A DNA stretch of 64,000 bases from Octopus vulgaris (GCA_951406725.2 OX597822.1:22568001-22632000), one strand, 5' to 3'; counted from the stretch's first letter, positions 14,356 to 29,598 are shown. Made by a program: numbers and translations. Notes: generated by a model not told the origin, from the sequence alone.

Positions 14356-15491
14356 ACGCTTGTGCTTCTAAAAGGAGAAATACTGTCTGTTAGAGAAAAT
14401 GTGTGTGTGTATGTGTACCTGTGTCTGTGTCTAATCTTATGTGTATCTGTGTGTATTAACTTGTATCTGTATTTTTGCTTGTCCCATGTGTTTTAGCTTC
14501 TATTTTGATTATAATATGTTTATGGTCATATAGCTAAGCCTTGTGTCTAAGTGTGTGTGTGTCCATATATATATATATATATATACTTATATACATAAAC
14601 TCACATACAATTAAGCAAAGGAAGGGTGGAGAAAGGAAGGGGAAAGGAAGTAACTTTTGATTGCATACAACTAAAGAAATTATAAAAATTAATTGAAGTC
14701 TCCAGGCCACTTTAATTTATCCTGTACCATTTTTATTGCTAGTTCTCTTATAACCTTATATGATATAACTGGAACCATCCCTTTATATCAACCTCTAATC
14801 TACAATTGACACGTCCCTTGTAGAGGTCAGTGCCTTGACATTTTGTTCTCTATAAATTAAACATCAGCACCAATAACATGTATTTCTTGAAGACTATATA
14901 TTCAATAAAACAAAAATAGTTAAAATGAAGCCTGATTATACATACACACACATGCACAAATATGTGTGTGTGCGTTTCATATATGTTTGCACACACACAT
15001 GTAAGTGTACATGCATCCGCATGTTTTTATGTGTTTGAATGTTTACACTCCACACATCTTCAGTCGATACAGCTTGAGCAAAAGTAGTAACGTCATATCT
15101 ATGTCTTCTCCTATAAGCTATATATTCTATAATTGTGTCTCAAGAGGACAAGCAGGATCACAGACTGCCTTACCTGCAAAACAAGTAAGTTTTTAGCAAG
15201 AGGAAGAATATCCAAATGTACAATACTACATCAAGATGTCTTCATCCAAACCCATGGTACCAGCATTAAAAAGAAAATAAATGTAAAAGTTAGGAGAAAG
15301 ACACTGCCATGTTTGTTGCTACCAACTCTCACAGCCTTTGTCAAATCACACCTAAGCTAACAGATATCTCTACAAAACTGCTATAATTGCTATTACAATG
15401 GAAATGCCCCAAAATATTCATCCTTCCTACTTACTCTTAAAATAGCAAAAGCATCAATTATTTACACCAGCAATGCTACAATGCCACCTTA

Positions 15492-17113
15492 AGAATAAAT
15501 GCAACTATGCCTCTCCTGGTCTCGATGGTGTTACATACCTACTTCTTAAACGCGGTAGGTTCTTTCTTCTAAACCAACTTTCACTATTCTTTCAATTCTG
15601 TCTTGACAATGGTGTTACTCCAGAGCAGTGAAAAACTGCGAGTGTTATCCCTCTGTTCAAAAGAGGTGACTGCACATCGCCTGTCAACTATCGCCTCATC
15701 AGTCTTACTAGCTGCATCACCAAACTGATGGAATCCTGTGTAAGAGAAACCCTCTGGAATTTCTGGAAGTCTCACAGCCTCATCCAGCTGTCACAATTTG
15801 GATTTATTCCTAACTCCAACTACTGTAATCAACTCATCGAGTTTCTTGAGGACATTACCCGAATCACTGATCGCGGATCCTGGGTGGATGTTGTTTACTT
15901 GGACTTTGCTAAGGCTTTTAATTCTGTGCCACACAAAAGACTTGTGGTGAAACTCTCTGCAGTGTAAGAGATGATCTCTCTAATTGGTTGAAGTCCTTCA
16001 TTATCGGCTGAAAAGAGGTTGTCACAGTTCTAGGACAGCACTCTTCACTCTATGAGATGACATCTGGTGTACCACAGGGATCTGTTCTTGGCCCCCTTTT
16101 ATTTGTTGCATATGTTAACGACATAGATGTCAACTTAAAAAATGCCACAGTGCTGAAATATGCAGATGACATCAAGCTGTACCTTGAAATAAAGAGGACA
16201 GATCCTGTTCACTATAGATCTTTATTGCAATCAGACCTGGACACAATGCAGCAGTGGATCATGGACTGGCAACTCAAGCTGGCTGTGGACAAATGTACCA
16301 CCATGCATTTCGGGAGGAAAAACCCAGCGTCTACTTACTCCCTCCACAACACTAATCTCAAAAAGTCTTCTTGTGAACGTGACCTGGGCATTATTGTCAA
16401 CAGCGATTTGCATTGGACAAAACACATTGCTAAAATTGCCAAGAAGTCTGAGGGTGTCTTGGCATCCCTCACCAAGTCCTTTGTGAGCTGCTCTCCGGCT
16501 ATCTATCTCAGACTTTATATAGCTATGTTGCGGCCTCACCTGGAATTTGCATCACCGGTCTGGAACCCCTATCTTGCCCAGGATATTAATCGTCTGGAAA
16601 CCTTTCAGCGATGTGCAACCAACAGAATACCCTCCATCAGGCATTTGCCATATTCTGAACGCCTTACCTCCCTGGGCATGGATACATTGAAACTCTGACG
16701 TCTGGTAGCTGACTTGGCAGACACATCAAATTATTAACCATCTTACAAACAATAACTCTGAGCACCTTTTCAAACTCTACCTGTCAACTACCCGTGGACA
16801 TGTTTACAAAGTCAGAAAACAGCATAGCTCCCATGACTTTCAGAAACATTTTTTCACGCTAAGAGTTGCTGAAGTATGGAACAAACTGCTGGCATCAGTT
16901 GTTAGTTGTCGGAGCACTGCATCCTTCAAAACTTCCATGCTTCCTGAGATTCGCCTACACTACACCTGATTTTCTCCCTTCCATACACATGCAAGCATGT
17001 ATCTGACTCATACACTGTTCACTTTCCAGACATTTGTACATTACTGCATATGCTTTATATGCACTTTTGACAAGTTGTGGTGCACCTGAGCACTGTATAC
17101 AATAATTTCATTA
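15492..17113 (+). mobile_element. 5'-truncated CR1-clade LINE with disrupted reverse transcriptase ORF
   Basis: PGLDG..., VNYRLISLTSCITKLME, VDVVYLDFAKAFNSVPH, SGVPQGSVLGPLLF, YADDIKLY, ERDLGII, RPHLEFASPVWNPY; stops and a frameshift near 15630, 15965, 16010, 16698. Confidence 0.92.
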
Positions 17114-18877
17114 TATATAATTCTATTAACCCAAGACATTGTACTGAGAGACAGCAGTAATCACAAGAACAGAAACAGTCAGCCAAGACCATATTGCTTG
17201 CAACCATAAAGGTAACCAATCAGAACCCACAGGCTGGCAAAGCCATTGAGGAAATTTTCAACTGACCACTTGATCTGCTAGAAATAGCAGCCAAATTTCC
17301 TTCCATTAACATTGTTGCCTTAAGAAAGGAAAGAACACACTAAATGATTTAGTTCTACATAACTCTAAGAAGACAGGATGTTCACATGTGGATACCTTTG
17401 GTCATAGGTCTGCTTATTCAGAGTTGACCTGGACTAAACAGGTATACAGATAAATCAATGATAAAACCTCTAACTGGTTGCTTGGTCTGCTAGAAACAGC
17501 AGCCAATTTTTTTTCAATCATACCCTGTCATCTAAAAGAAAGAAAGTGCACACAGGATAAGGCAATCCAAGACCCCCCCCCCCCCATAAAGATTGGAACC
17601 CTTGGTAGAATGCCTTTGATGGTCAGTAGTCTGATAGAGTTGACCTAGAACTAAGCAACAATAAGTGGCATGTAGAAACAAACTGTAATATATCCTGACT
17701 GTCACAGTACAATAAACCACTGCACATGGGAACATGTAACAGGGTTCTCTCTACAAGACAAAGGCACAGTACGTCTTGAGTATGGATCAAACCTAGTTGC
17801 TATAGTTGCTTAGCCCACCGGTCAACTCTGGACCTGTAGTCCAATGATAAAAGATATACCAAGCATGACTACCCAACTTTTTATCCACTTTATGTTTTCC
17901 AATGTATCCCTCCTATTTTAAGGTTTAGTGGTTAGGGTATTCAGTTTATGACTGTAAGGTCATGAGTTCGATTCCTGGTGGTACTTTGTATCCTTGCGCA
18001 AAACACTTTGTTTCATGTTGCTCCAGTCCACTCATCTGGCAAAAAGAGTTGTACCTGTATTTCAAAGGGCCAGCTTTGTCACATCCTATGTCATGCTGAA
18101 TCCCTGCAAGAACTACTTTAAGAGTATGTGTACCTGTGGAGTGCTCAATGATTTGCATGTTAATTTCACAAGCAGGATCTTTCGCTGATTGGATCAACTG
18201 GAATACACATCATTGTCACTGACAGAAGGCCAGTGTCCTAGCTTATGGCTGGAAGAGTTGAGGGAGATTTGGTTATTTCTAGCAGATTAAGTAAACTTGT
18301 AGAAGCCCCTTTCATTGGCTCATCAAATTTAGTTTTACCATCCACCATTTAATTGTGATCTTATGAATCAGGACTGACTTGAAACTGAACAAAAATAACA
18401 ACAATCTGGTTGTTTTGTTGTCGATATATTTAAGAGAGATCAGGAGGATCAGGATTGATCGGGTGCTAAACATCAATGATATTTTTGTGAAGTCCTAACA
18501 CTAATTCAAACATGACATCATGTCATTTCATCCAACAAGACATGAACTTGCCAGCTTGTGATCCATAGGACCTGATGAGAACTATACTATTCCATTACAT
18601 CATGTTTGCTTATAACTTATGTTTGCTTACTATACTTGCATCAGCTGGATGACTCACTTTGCACCTCGAGTGAGATAAGTTGGAGGACTGCATCTTGCCT
18701 GGAAATTACATTTTCTGTTTGGTTCCTATGGCTGGATGCTCTTGCTAACACCAATCACTTTACAGAGAGTCATGCCACCAGCACTGGGAAGGTTGTCAAG
18801 ATTTCAACAATATAAAGAGAACCTCTCAAACTAACACTTAGAATGCACTGAGTGCCTTTTTATCATGGCACCATTAC

Positions 18878-18991
18878 TAGAGAGGAGGAGGGTGAGAGCA
18901 TAATGGATAGCTAGATAGAGAGGAGGAGGGTGAGAGCATAATGGATAGCTAGATAGAGAGGAGGAGGGGGAGAGCATAATGGATAGCTAGA
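18878..18991. repeat. 38-bp tandem repeat x3
   Basis: tagagaggaggagggtgagagcataatggatagctaga at 18878, 18916, 18954. Confidence 0.9.
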
Positions 18992-20249
18992 GAGATAAAT
19001 TGTGAGAGTGAATAGTAAGTATTGGTCTCTAAAGACCCTACAAAGAACAGAAAGTGTACATAATATATATATATATATATAATGAGGTTTAGGGTTAGGG
19101 GTTAGAAAATGCCTCAAAATGTGAGATATAAATGTGATAACAATGTATCCAGCCACAGAGATCATGCAAAAGCAGATATTGGAGCTTGACTTCATCTTGT
19201 AGCTCTTTGTATCCTGACAAAGTGTCAAATCCATGCCAGCATAGAAGACAGACATTAAATGATGATGATATGGTGGAGAATACTGAAAATGGTTGAGAAA
19301 CGCTGCTTTAATCCAACATAACTGTTTCTGCCACTATCCAATCACCCTAATAAGGATTTCTAACTTAAAACTAAAAAATCTGAAAGTTTTAAGGAAAGGA
19401 AAAAATTACACAAATCTTAGAATTTAACTGATACCCATTTTATCAACTTTGGATGAATGCAAAGCAAAATTTGCCTTGCTAAACAAAAATGATAATCATT
19501 TCTGATATCAGCATAAGGTGACATATTTTATGGGAGAAATAGTTAATCTGACCCCTGTATTTAATTGGTACTTGTTACTTATTTTAAGTACCACATATAG
19601 GTAAACAACAAAGTTGTACTCAGATGAATTTGAAAATGGAATCTAGAACAATGCAGCTACACTGATTCTAAAAAAAATAAAGTACTTCTTTAGGCAGAAG
19701 AATCATAGAGCCAATTACTAAATTTCTTTCTAGCATAAAAGTGACTGAGAATGCATTTCCCCTGTATAGGATGCTAGTCCATCACAGGGTTGCTCATTTA
19801 CAGTTGAGTGAACTGGAGTAAAGTGAAATGAAGTGTTTTTCTCAAGAACACAACAGTCTGCCCATTCTGGGAATTAAATCACAAGATTGCAAGTTTAACA
19901 CCCTAACTACTAGGCCAAGTTCATTTGTACAAATTCTGAAATCCACCGGTTTTTAATAATAATAATAATTGTTTCTAATTTTTTTAAATGATATAATTAC
20001 TGATTTCAGCACATGACCAGCAATTTAAGGAGGGTGTTGGTTGATTCCATAAGCTCAAGTATATAACTGGTACTTAATTTTATTGACCTAGAAAGGATGA
20101 GCAGTAAAGTTGACCTCTGCAAGATTTGAAAGCATGGTAACGAATCAGCAAGGTTACTGCCTTGATAGTTAATAATGCTTTCAAATTCCGGCACAAGGCC
20201 AGTTATTTCAAGAAGAGGACTCAGTTGATTTTCTTTTTGTTTCTTTTTT

Positions 20250-20552
20250 CGCCCTTTTCAAGCCTAGCCAGGCTCATGGGCCTGGTTTCCCGGTTTCTGT
20301 GGCATATGTATTCCCCCCAGCTGGACGGGACGCCAGTCCATCGCAGCGTTAGTCAAGAAACAGGAAGAGAGAGAGAGAGAAAGTGGTGGCGAAAGAGTAC
20401 AACAGGGGTCGTTACCACCCCCTGCCGGAGCCTTGTGGAGCTTTTAGGTGTTTTCACTCAATAAACACACACAATGCCTGGTCTGGGAATCGAAACCACA
20501 ATCCTCCAACTGTGAGTCTGCTGCCCTAACCATTGGGCGATTGCACCTCCAA
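20250..20552 (-). mobile_element. tRNA-derived SINE (head shared with 55259-55575)
   Basis: Minus strand ggaggtgcaatcgcccaatggttagggcagcagactc...gtttcgattcccagacc contains A and B boxes. Confidence 0.75.
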
Positions 20553-22257
20553 ATGCACCCCTTTTAAAGCCTAGCCAGGCTCATAGGCTCAGTTTCCCAG
20601 TTTCTATGGTGTATGTGTTCCCCAGTTGGACAGGACGCCTGTCCATCGTAGCATTACTTATTTTTGCCAGCTGAGTGGACTGGAGCGACGTGAAAATGAA
20701 GTGTTTTGCTCAAGAACACAACGCGTTGCCCAGTCCAGGAATCGAAACCACAATCTTACGATCATGGTACTGACACCTTAACCACTAAGCCATGCACCTC
20801 CACACTCAGTTGATTACATCAACTAAAGTATCACTACTTGACTGGTACTTTATTTTATTGACCACAAATGGATAAAAGACAGAGTTGGCATCAGGAGTAT
20901 TTTGACTCAGACCAGAAAGATCCAAAAGAAAGGCTACTAAGCATTTTGTCCAGTGTGCTAATGATTCTGTCAACTCACTGCCTTGATAATCCTTATTTTG
21001 TCACAAGGCCAGTAATTTTGAGGGGAGGGGAATAGTTAATTACATCTACCTCGGTGCTCAACTGGTTTCTTGTTTTATCAATCCTGAAAGGATGAAATGC
21101 AAAGTCGGCCACAATGGAATTTGAACTCAGATTGTAGTAAAGATGGATGAAATGTGGCTTAGCATTTTGCCCAGCATGCCGACATTTCTACCAGCTGGCC
21201 ACTTTAGTCCACTGCCTTAATAATAATGGTATGGCTTTTTTTGTTTGATTGTAAAATAAAGATTTGCTGGCAAAAAATGTAATAACCTGAATTGAACCCT
21301 ATACATGCTTTGCATTTGCTTTATAGACTTTAGTGAGAAAGATAGAAGGGTGAATGAAAGGTAGAATTAGCCCTAGAGAGATTTGAGCTTATTGCACTGA
21401 CATAGGAAAAAGCTGTTTCCACAACAAAATGTGAAACAAAAAGATGGAAAATTAAATATAGTACAAATAGAAAACAAAAACACAACAAAATTTAGTCATT
21501 GTTTAGAAGGTGTGTGACAGTTATTGCTATTGTTGTTGTTGTTATTCATGTTGTAAGATATACAATTATTATGATTATTATTTTTCTTTTTTTTTTGTTA
21601 GTAAATAATATAAATCTAACAGGAAATGAAGAAAGTGAAAATATCTCCAAGTCTGACCCCAAAAGTAAAGAGGGTCAAATTGGCTTGAGATCAAAAAGAA
21701 TCTATGTAGCTTAACCTTTGACCTCTCATCTAAAGTAGTTCCTTTTCACTGATTCTTGTTGCCAGTCTTAGAAAACTACTTTACAATTGACTATTGCTTC
21801 TGATGTGAGTCAATCACTAAAGATTTACTGATGCTGACTATCAGTGTCAAGACACTATTTCACCGCTTATATGATAATGATGATGATGGTGGTGGTGGTA
21901 GTGGTGGTGGTGGTGGTGGTGGTGGTGGTGGTGTGTATGTGTGTGTGTGTGTGTGTGTGTAAAAGTGTTTGTATAATCATAGAGAAACGTATATATGCAT
22001 CTGTGCATTTATGTGTTCTTATGTGTGCCTATGTCTATGTATGTGTTAGTGTATACATTTGCTAATATGTATGCACACACACATATATATATATATTTAC
22101 ACATATACAAAGTGACATTCAATCTAGTATCTACTCGAAATCTACAGTAGGAAACTCAGAAGTTACAGAAGCTTTATATTCCAAGAATGTGTGTGTTGAA
22201 ACTATACATACAATCACATTACACAAATACATATATGTAGTGGTATGCATATGTGAT

Positions 22258-22294
<37 letters not shown>

Positions 22295-22909
22295 CTCTCG
22301 ATAAATAATCCCATATTTATGTATCTTTAATTGTAACGTGATTTTCTGGATACAGGTTCATATTTTCAGAGTTATTTTCCAATATGCCACAAAGATAATG
22401 CTTTATAAATGACAAACACCTTCATCCCAGACACTGACTCACTTAGAGACACCAGCTACACTAATAGGCTCAGGCACTTTCATACCAATCATAATTACAA
22501 AGGTGCTAGTAATGTATGGAAGGTTTTCAAGCCTACAGATAACAGAATTTGCCTTATATCATCACTTTTCTATTCCAGCATGATCTTTGATGTAGTAAGT
22601 GTTAAGCATATCAGGGAATATTGGGTACCCGATCCCACTGTACCTCATCATTCATTGTTTTGCATATCCTGTATATCTCAGATACCATATCTGCATATCT
22701 CAGATAATACAACAGAAGCCATTTTGTGTCTCTCTTCAAGTTGACTTGAACCCCTAATGACTATCATATCAGCCTTGTCAAACATCACACTTAAGGTCAA
22801 ACCATTCAGGTACAAGTTATGGGATCAGCATTCTCAGGAGATAAACTACATGGACGAGGCAATCCAAATGCAAATGAGTTTCATATTACTTACTTTCATA
22901 TTACGTAGT

Positions 22910-23330
22910 AGGCGCAGGAGTGGCTGTGTGGTGAGTAGCTTGTTTACCAACCACATGGTTCCGGGTTCAGTCCCACTGTGTGGCACCCTGGGCAAGTGTC
23001 TTCTACTATAGCCTCGGGCCGACCAAAGCCTTGTGAGTGGATTTGGTAGACGGAAACTGAAAGAAGCCCGTCATATATGTGTGTATATATATATATATGT
23101 GTGTGTGTGTTTGTGTGTGTGTGTTTGTCCCCCTAGCATTGCTTGACAACCGATGTTGGTGTGTTTATGTCCCCATCACTTAGCGGTTCGGCAAAAGAGA
23201 CCGATAGAATAAGTACTAGGCTTGCCAAGAATAAGTCCTGGGGTCGATTTGCTTGACTAAAAAGGCGGTGCTCCAGCATGGCCGCAGTCAAATGACTGAA
23301 ACAAGTAAAAGAGTAAAAGAGTAAGAGAGT
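22910..23330 (+). mobile_element. CORE-type SINE (octopus OR-like), near full length
   Basis: A box tggctgtgtggt, B box ggttcagtcc, CORE-like ggcaccctgggcaagtgtctt, internal (TA/TG)n, tail (gtaaaaga)n. Confidence 0.85.
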
Positions 23331-23545
23331 GTTTTTATCTTCATGGTCAATAAGGATGAATGTGATTCTGCATTGTCAGTTTAATATTCTTTCATGATTC
23401 TCTGAGCTGGTATTTTGTCATTCACAAATAGAACACACAGTTCTATGAATTGCTTTTGATCCACTCTCTTCCTTCTCCTTGCACCACATATTTGAGCTCT
23501 TGAGACATCAAGGTTTAGAGAATCAGTTGAACACCTTGTATTTAG

Positions 23546-23957
23546 TTACTCTTTTACTCTCTTTTACTTGTTTCAGTCATTTGACTGCAGCCATGCTGGA
23601 GCACCACCTTTTAGTCGAGCAAATCGACTTATTCTTTGTAAGCCTAGTACTTATCTTATCGGTCTCTTTTGCCGAACTGCTGAGTAACGGGGACGTAAAC
23701 ACACCAGCATTGGTTGTCAAGCGATGTTGGGGAGACAAACACAGACACACAAACACACACACACACACGCATATATATACATATATATATATACGACGGG
23801 CTTCTTTCAGTTTCTGTCTACCAAATCCACTCACAAGGCTTTGGTCGGCCCGAGGCTATAGTAGAAGACACTTGCCCAAGGTGCCATGCAGTGGAACTGA
23901 ACCCAGAACTGTGTGGTTGGTAAGCAAGCTACTTACCACACAGCCACTCCTGCGCCT
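23546..23957 (-). mobile_element. CORE-type SINE, inverted relative to 22910-23330
   Basis: Reverse complement of the same family. Confidence 0.85.
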
Positions 23958-25327
23958 GTGTTATGTGTCTTAAAATTCTAATATTCTATTTTGATCAGCT
24001 TCAACTTTGATTGCTCTTGTGCTGACTAAACAAGTACCAGCGAGCTACTGGGACTGATTGAACTGACAACACCACTCATCCAAAATATGCTATGGTGCTA
24101 ATGAAGAAGGCAGGGAATAATTATTGAACACTACAAAATAGTGACAGTCCAGACTAGTAAATCTTTTATCACTAACAAACATCAGAAATCATTCTTTTGA
24201 GAAAGAAAAGAGCTATATACACACATGTATATACAGTTAATCCAGGAAAAGGGAACCGGGTACATAACTATGCAGGCTCTTCTAAACTGATCAAACTTGC
24301 CAGTTCATCAATTCTACCACTCATTAACAGAATTTAAGTACTTCATCCTATTCTTCCACCACCTTTGAAATGATACAACAGCAGCTATATACCACTTGGT
24401 CACTCCAAAATGTTGGTGATAGAACAAAAAACGTTTTCTGAGACTTTTAAACACTCTATCATGATAAAACACTATAGCACTTTTGTGGTAAGTAGAGATA
24501 ACATACCTTTCAATGACATAAGCATGCCCCTTTGCAAACACATGGAATGGACCTCTGCTTTGGGGACGAATCAATTCACTGCTTCTGATTAAACCTTCCT
24601 CTGTGTAATGTTGCTAACAGTTAGAGGGTAACAGCAGAAGAGAGTACCAAGTGCATCCCAGATACTACAGGCAGTCCAAATAAAAGCAATTTCACAGGAA
24701 GCTGACCTATCAATTAATACATAAATCCGTATGCTATTCACCTTTGGATGAATCTAAGCCCCCACTCCCTACAAGAAGACACTCACAGGAATTAGAAGAA
24801 TATCATGAGAACTATTCTCTTCTTCACCTTCTTCTCTCCAAATAGTTATCTTCAATACCCAAACAAAGTCTAAGAAAAAGAATCAATTCTGGACATTCAT
24901 CTTCTCACACTCTGCACAAACATTCATGAATTTCTGTGAAAGCTTTTAACACTCAACATTTAGTACAAAAAAACACATACCTTCTTCAAACAATTGAGGA
25001 AAGCTTCTATGTAGTCATTCAACTTACTAAAAATAACAGCCAACACTTACTCAAATTCTACCCCACTATCATAGAAAAAAAAAGACACATGCAATAATGT
25101 GGTTCTGGATATACTGTGTTTGAAAGAAAAGAAAAGATGTATTGTAAGGCTACAGTTGGAATGCCTTTGTTCAATTAAACCTGACCTGAAGCTAAACAAT
25201 ATAAATCTCAAATTCTGTTCTGTAATGAGATTCCAATCTCTTACTCATTACCTCCAAGTAATGTCTAAATTTCTTTTGAGGTCAAGTTTAAGAACGAATT
25301 TTGTAGTAACCTCTTGGAAACTTCTTT

Positions 25328-25487
25328 AGGAGTGGCTGTGTGGTAAATAGCTTGCTTACGAACCACATGGTTCCGGGTTCAGTCCCACTGCATGGCACTT
25401 TGGGCAAGTGTCTTCTACTATAGCCTCGGGCCAACCAAAGCCTTGTGAGTGGATTTGGTAGACGGAAACTGAAAGAAACCCGTCGTA

Positions 25488-25528
<41 letters not shown>

Positions 25529-25748
25529 GTGTGTATATGTGTTTGTGTGTCTTTGTTCCCCCAACATCACTTGACAACCGATACTGGTGTGTTTACGTCT
25601 CCATAACTTAGCAGTTTGGCAAAAGAGACTGATAGAATAAGTACTAGGCTTACAACAAATAAGTCCTGGGGTCGATTTGTGTGACTAAAGGCTGTGCTCC
25701 AGCATGGCCACAGTTAAATGACTGAAACAAGTAAAAGAGTAAAAGAGA
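25328..25748 (+). mobile_element. CORE-type SINE
   Basis: Same family as 22910-23330. Confidence 0.85.
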
Positions 25749-26059
25749 CACTTTAAAATATAGTTTGTTTTTTTGAGTCAGTTTCATCATTATTAAACAA
25801 TATATATATGATGGACTCAACTACTGAAGATGGCAAATGATTTGTTTATAGTGATCATGCTGCACATTAGCTCACTCACTCCATCAAATCAACATTGTCT
25901 GAGTAGGTGCACAATGAACCATGCTTCAGGTGTCAAAGTGATTGCAGAGTAACATGGGATGAAGTGTTTTACTCAAGAACACAATGTACTAACCAGTCTA
26001 GGAAGTGAAACTACAACCACTCAATTGTGAGTACAACATCCTAACCACTAAGTCATACA

Positions 26060-26487
26060 CCTTTTACTTGTTTCAGTCATTTGACTGCAGCCATCCTGGG
26101 ACACTGCCTTGAAGAATTTTTAGTCAAATGATGGCATATTTTGGTCATATTATGCGGAGAAAATCCCTGGAGAAGGACATTATGCTCGGAATGGTCAGTG
26201 GCAAGAGAAGAAGAAGCCGACCAAGAACCCGCTGGTTTGACACCATCAAGAGTGACACGGGAATGACCATAGCCAATCTGAAAGAAGCGACCCAGGATAG
26301 AACTGGCTGGAGAACCCTGATCCACCAAGTGACTGAGAGTTGACTTCGACTGAACGGATAGATAGATAGAATCAACTCTAGTACTTATTCCATCAGTATC
26401 GTTTGCCGAACCACTTAGTTATGGGGACACAAAAACACCAACACTAGTTGTCAAGTGGTGGTGGGGGACAAACACAAACACACATAC

Positions 26488-26570
<83 letters not shown>

Positions 26571-26712
26571 GCAGGCTTCATTCAGTTTCTCTACCAAATC
26601 CACTCACAAGGCTTTGGTCAACCCATATATATAGCAAGGTGCCATGCAGTGGGACTGAACCCAGAGCCATGTGGTTGGGAAGAAAGATTCTTACCAAACA
26701 GCCATGCCTGTG
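26060..26712 (-). mobile_element. CORE-type SINE interrupted by an RTE fragment
   Basis: SINE tail at 26060-26127 and body at 26370-26712 flank the insert. Confidence 0.7.
26128..26369 (+). mobile_element. BovB-like RTE LINE 3' end with (GATA)n tail
   Basis: YFGHIMRRKSLEKDIMLGMVSGKRRRSRPRTRWFDTIK...WRTLIHQVT, the RTE-BovB C-terminal signature. Confidence 0.85.
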
Positions 26713-29002
26713 CCTTTAAAAGCTAATTACAAATTATCAGGCAGTTAACAATTCCCTTTGTCTGTTATCTTTTATTTGTTTCAGGTAAGGTAGTGTGGCC
26801 ATGCTGGGGCACTGCCTTGAAGGGTTTAGTTGAACAAATGAACTCCAGGACTCAATATATTTATACACTAAAATGTCTTATGGTGATTTATATTAACTGT
26901 TTTCCCATTTAATAACATGCACTTCTTGAACAGCCAACGACAGCTGCTATAGAATTAAATGACATTGAATGTATGGTAGGGACACTCATTTACAACTACT
27001 ATGCAATGCCGTGATATGGAGACAAGCAGACAGATTGACAGAAATTGAAAGAAACCTGTCTAAGAAATCCACCCATAAAGCCTTGGTCAGTCAGAAGCTA
27101 TAGTAGAAGACTTTGCCCAAGGTACCAGGCAGTTGGACTGAATCTAAAACCATGTGGTTTGGAGGCAAACTTTATGCAAATACAGCACAAAAATTCAAAT
27201 ACATTAAAATCCTATTCCATAAAATTTCACAAATTCTGTGGAAGTTACTAGAAATCACACTGAGAACATACAAACGAAAATAATTAGTCTCCATGAAATT
27301 CTAACTTAATTTCCAATCTTCATCAATCAACAGTGATGTTTCTAATTACCTCCCAGCCACATGATCTCACCTGAAAAACATATCACCTACAGTATAAATC
27401 TGATTTTCACTATCTGACAAATGTGTGCAATTATTATTTTGCTTCCGTCTCAAAGTAACTCGAGTTCAATGATATGTAATGAATGGAGAAATGCCAAGAA
27501 ACTACAGCATGCAATCCAAGAGAGACATTAGAACTAATACAGAGATAGATATTTCAACCTCTTTAGGTAAGCTTTAAAAGTATCAGTTTTATCGAAGATG
27601 GAACTGATTTAACAGAGTCTCAGAAAACCAATTATGGAATTATCTTTCATTAAGGAAAGATCTTTCTGTTAACCTTGTAATGACGTTGACACAAGTAAGT
27701 CAAATATATTTGGATAGAGTTATAATAGATTACTTAATTTGAACTATAAATTACTCTCTAGCATTTACAATATTCATTAATGTAAAGTCTAACTTCTCTT
27801 TCTACTCTCATAAATGCATAATCATAATATTTTAATAGTTTAAAATTCTCAAAATCTCTACTTCAAGGAGGGCCAGCATTTTGCCATAGGATACAGTTGT
27901 TCAATAAGGGAGACTGCAATCTTAATTTTATCAATCCATATTTTAACTTTAATTCTTGAAGACTTTTACAAAGAGGTACTATAATTTTAGTTTTAAATAA
28001 TCATGAGTACAAACAAATTTTAAACTTAAATTAATTAAGTGGTTTATTAAGAGAAATAGCATAATTTTAAGTAACCATACACAAGCAAAAGTTTTAACTT
28101 GAATCTTAATCTTAGCAACCATTGTATTGAAACAAACAAAATAGAATTTTATGAAAGCAGGAAACAAAAAAACATCAATCACCATCTTTTTACATGCCAA
28201 ATAATTTTATGTGTACACATGTCTAATTGATCCATTAAGTGCAAGCAATGAGAAAGCTAAGTCTAACCTCTTGCACATAAGTAAGTAATTTTAATATTTC
28301 AACAGTTTCCAGTTGCCCTTCCTAACACCAACCAGAGTGCACAGTGCTTTTTACATGGCCCCAGCACAGGTAAGGTCAGATTTGGCATAGTTTTTACAGC
28401 TGGATGCCTTTCCAAATGCCAACCACTTAAGGGATTAAAACCCTTCATGAAGTCCATCTGTGAATCCCAGTTATCAATTAAATTATATGTAGAAGGTTTA
28501 TCTTTAAAAAGAAAACTATCAATATAAGTTGAAATTCCTAGTAAAATATATTAGTTACAGCATATGGATTTATGAAAACAAAGGCTGGAATTTATGGAAT
28601 TTTTTTTAATTCTGTAGTTACAATTGCTTCAAACATAACCAAACTATTTGGTACATGAGGGCTGATAAAATGCAATCTGTGGGAGCTTTGGCAAGCACAC
28701 CTTCTACTCATGGAGTTGTCAGAATTCTGATCCCAGAATATGAGACATGGAGAGAGTCTGATCAGTAACTGATCCTAAGATGGCAAATTAATGAGGTTTT
28801 CTGTAGGAAAGCCCTTCTACAAATGAAGTAGCCTGGCAGACCTACAACCCCCAAAATTTTGAGAGAAAGAGAGGGTCTGATCAGTAACTTAACTCTCGAG
28901 TGATAATTTATCAAGAAGGTTTCCAGGTTAGATATGACAAAAATCTTTGCCAGTGATTTTCAGCAAAGTTAAGACCAACATATCAGTCTTGTTCACTGAA
29001 CT

Positions 29003-29230
29003 TTAAATTTTTAGCATTTAAACTGGGCATGTCTGGTCAAATATTCTTCCTGCTTTATGTTCAAACTGGTTAGATCAGGCCTCTAGCACCTACCCTACAA
29101 TATCGTTTTTAAAAATAAACAATCAAATCATCAAATTCTTGAAGCTATGAGACAATGCATGATTAATTGAAAACAATATGAATAAAGAAGCATTATATTT
29201 GATAGAGTAATCTGAAAGCTAAAGAGTTAA
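29003..29230. mobile_element. piggyBac-type MITE (TTAA ends); second, interrupted copy at ~30168-30668
   Basis: Ends ~ttaa..tttagc / gctaaagagttaa; shared body with 30168-30280 and 30545-30668. Confidence 0.5.
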
Positions 29231-29598
29231 ACCTTTATAGTTCTTTGACACAATTGCATAATGAGAACAAGTTGGTTAGCATTCAAATGGCTTTAGATTC
29301 AACAAATGCAAACCTTGTAAGTAATTGCCACCAAAAAACAAAAAAAACAAAAACACAAAACAGTCATATAGCAAAAGATAAGTACTTATATTCTATTTTA
29401 AATGTTTCATTGAATTATCAGTTATCTTAAACATTTATTAACACCCATTTACATGATATTCAGTTCCAAAAGAATATATTTCTCATTTCACTGAGAAATT
29501 CTTAAATGTATTGGCACTATCAATAGCAGACTATACAATTCTAATCTTTATACTTAGATTCTCAATATTTACTTATAAATAGAAATAAGTGTGTGTGT

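Noticed and set aside
19087-19105. TTAGGG-like telomeric repeats
   Set aside because: Only about three imperfect units; expected by chance.
24300-24830. Possible LTR-retrotransposon integrase relic
   Set aside because: Only a vague QFT motif; no supportable alignment by eye.
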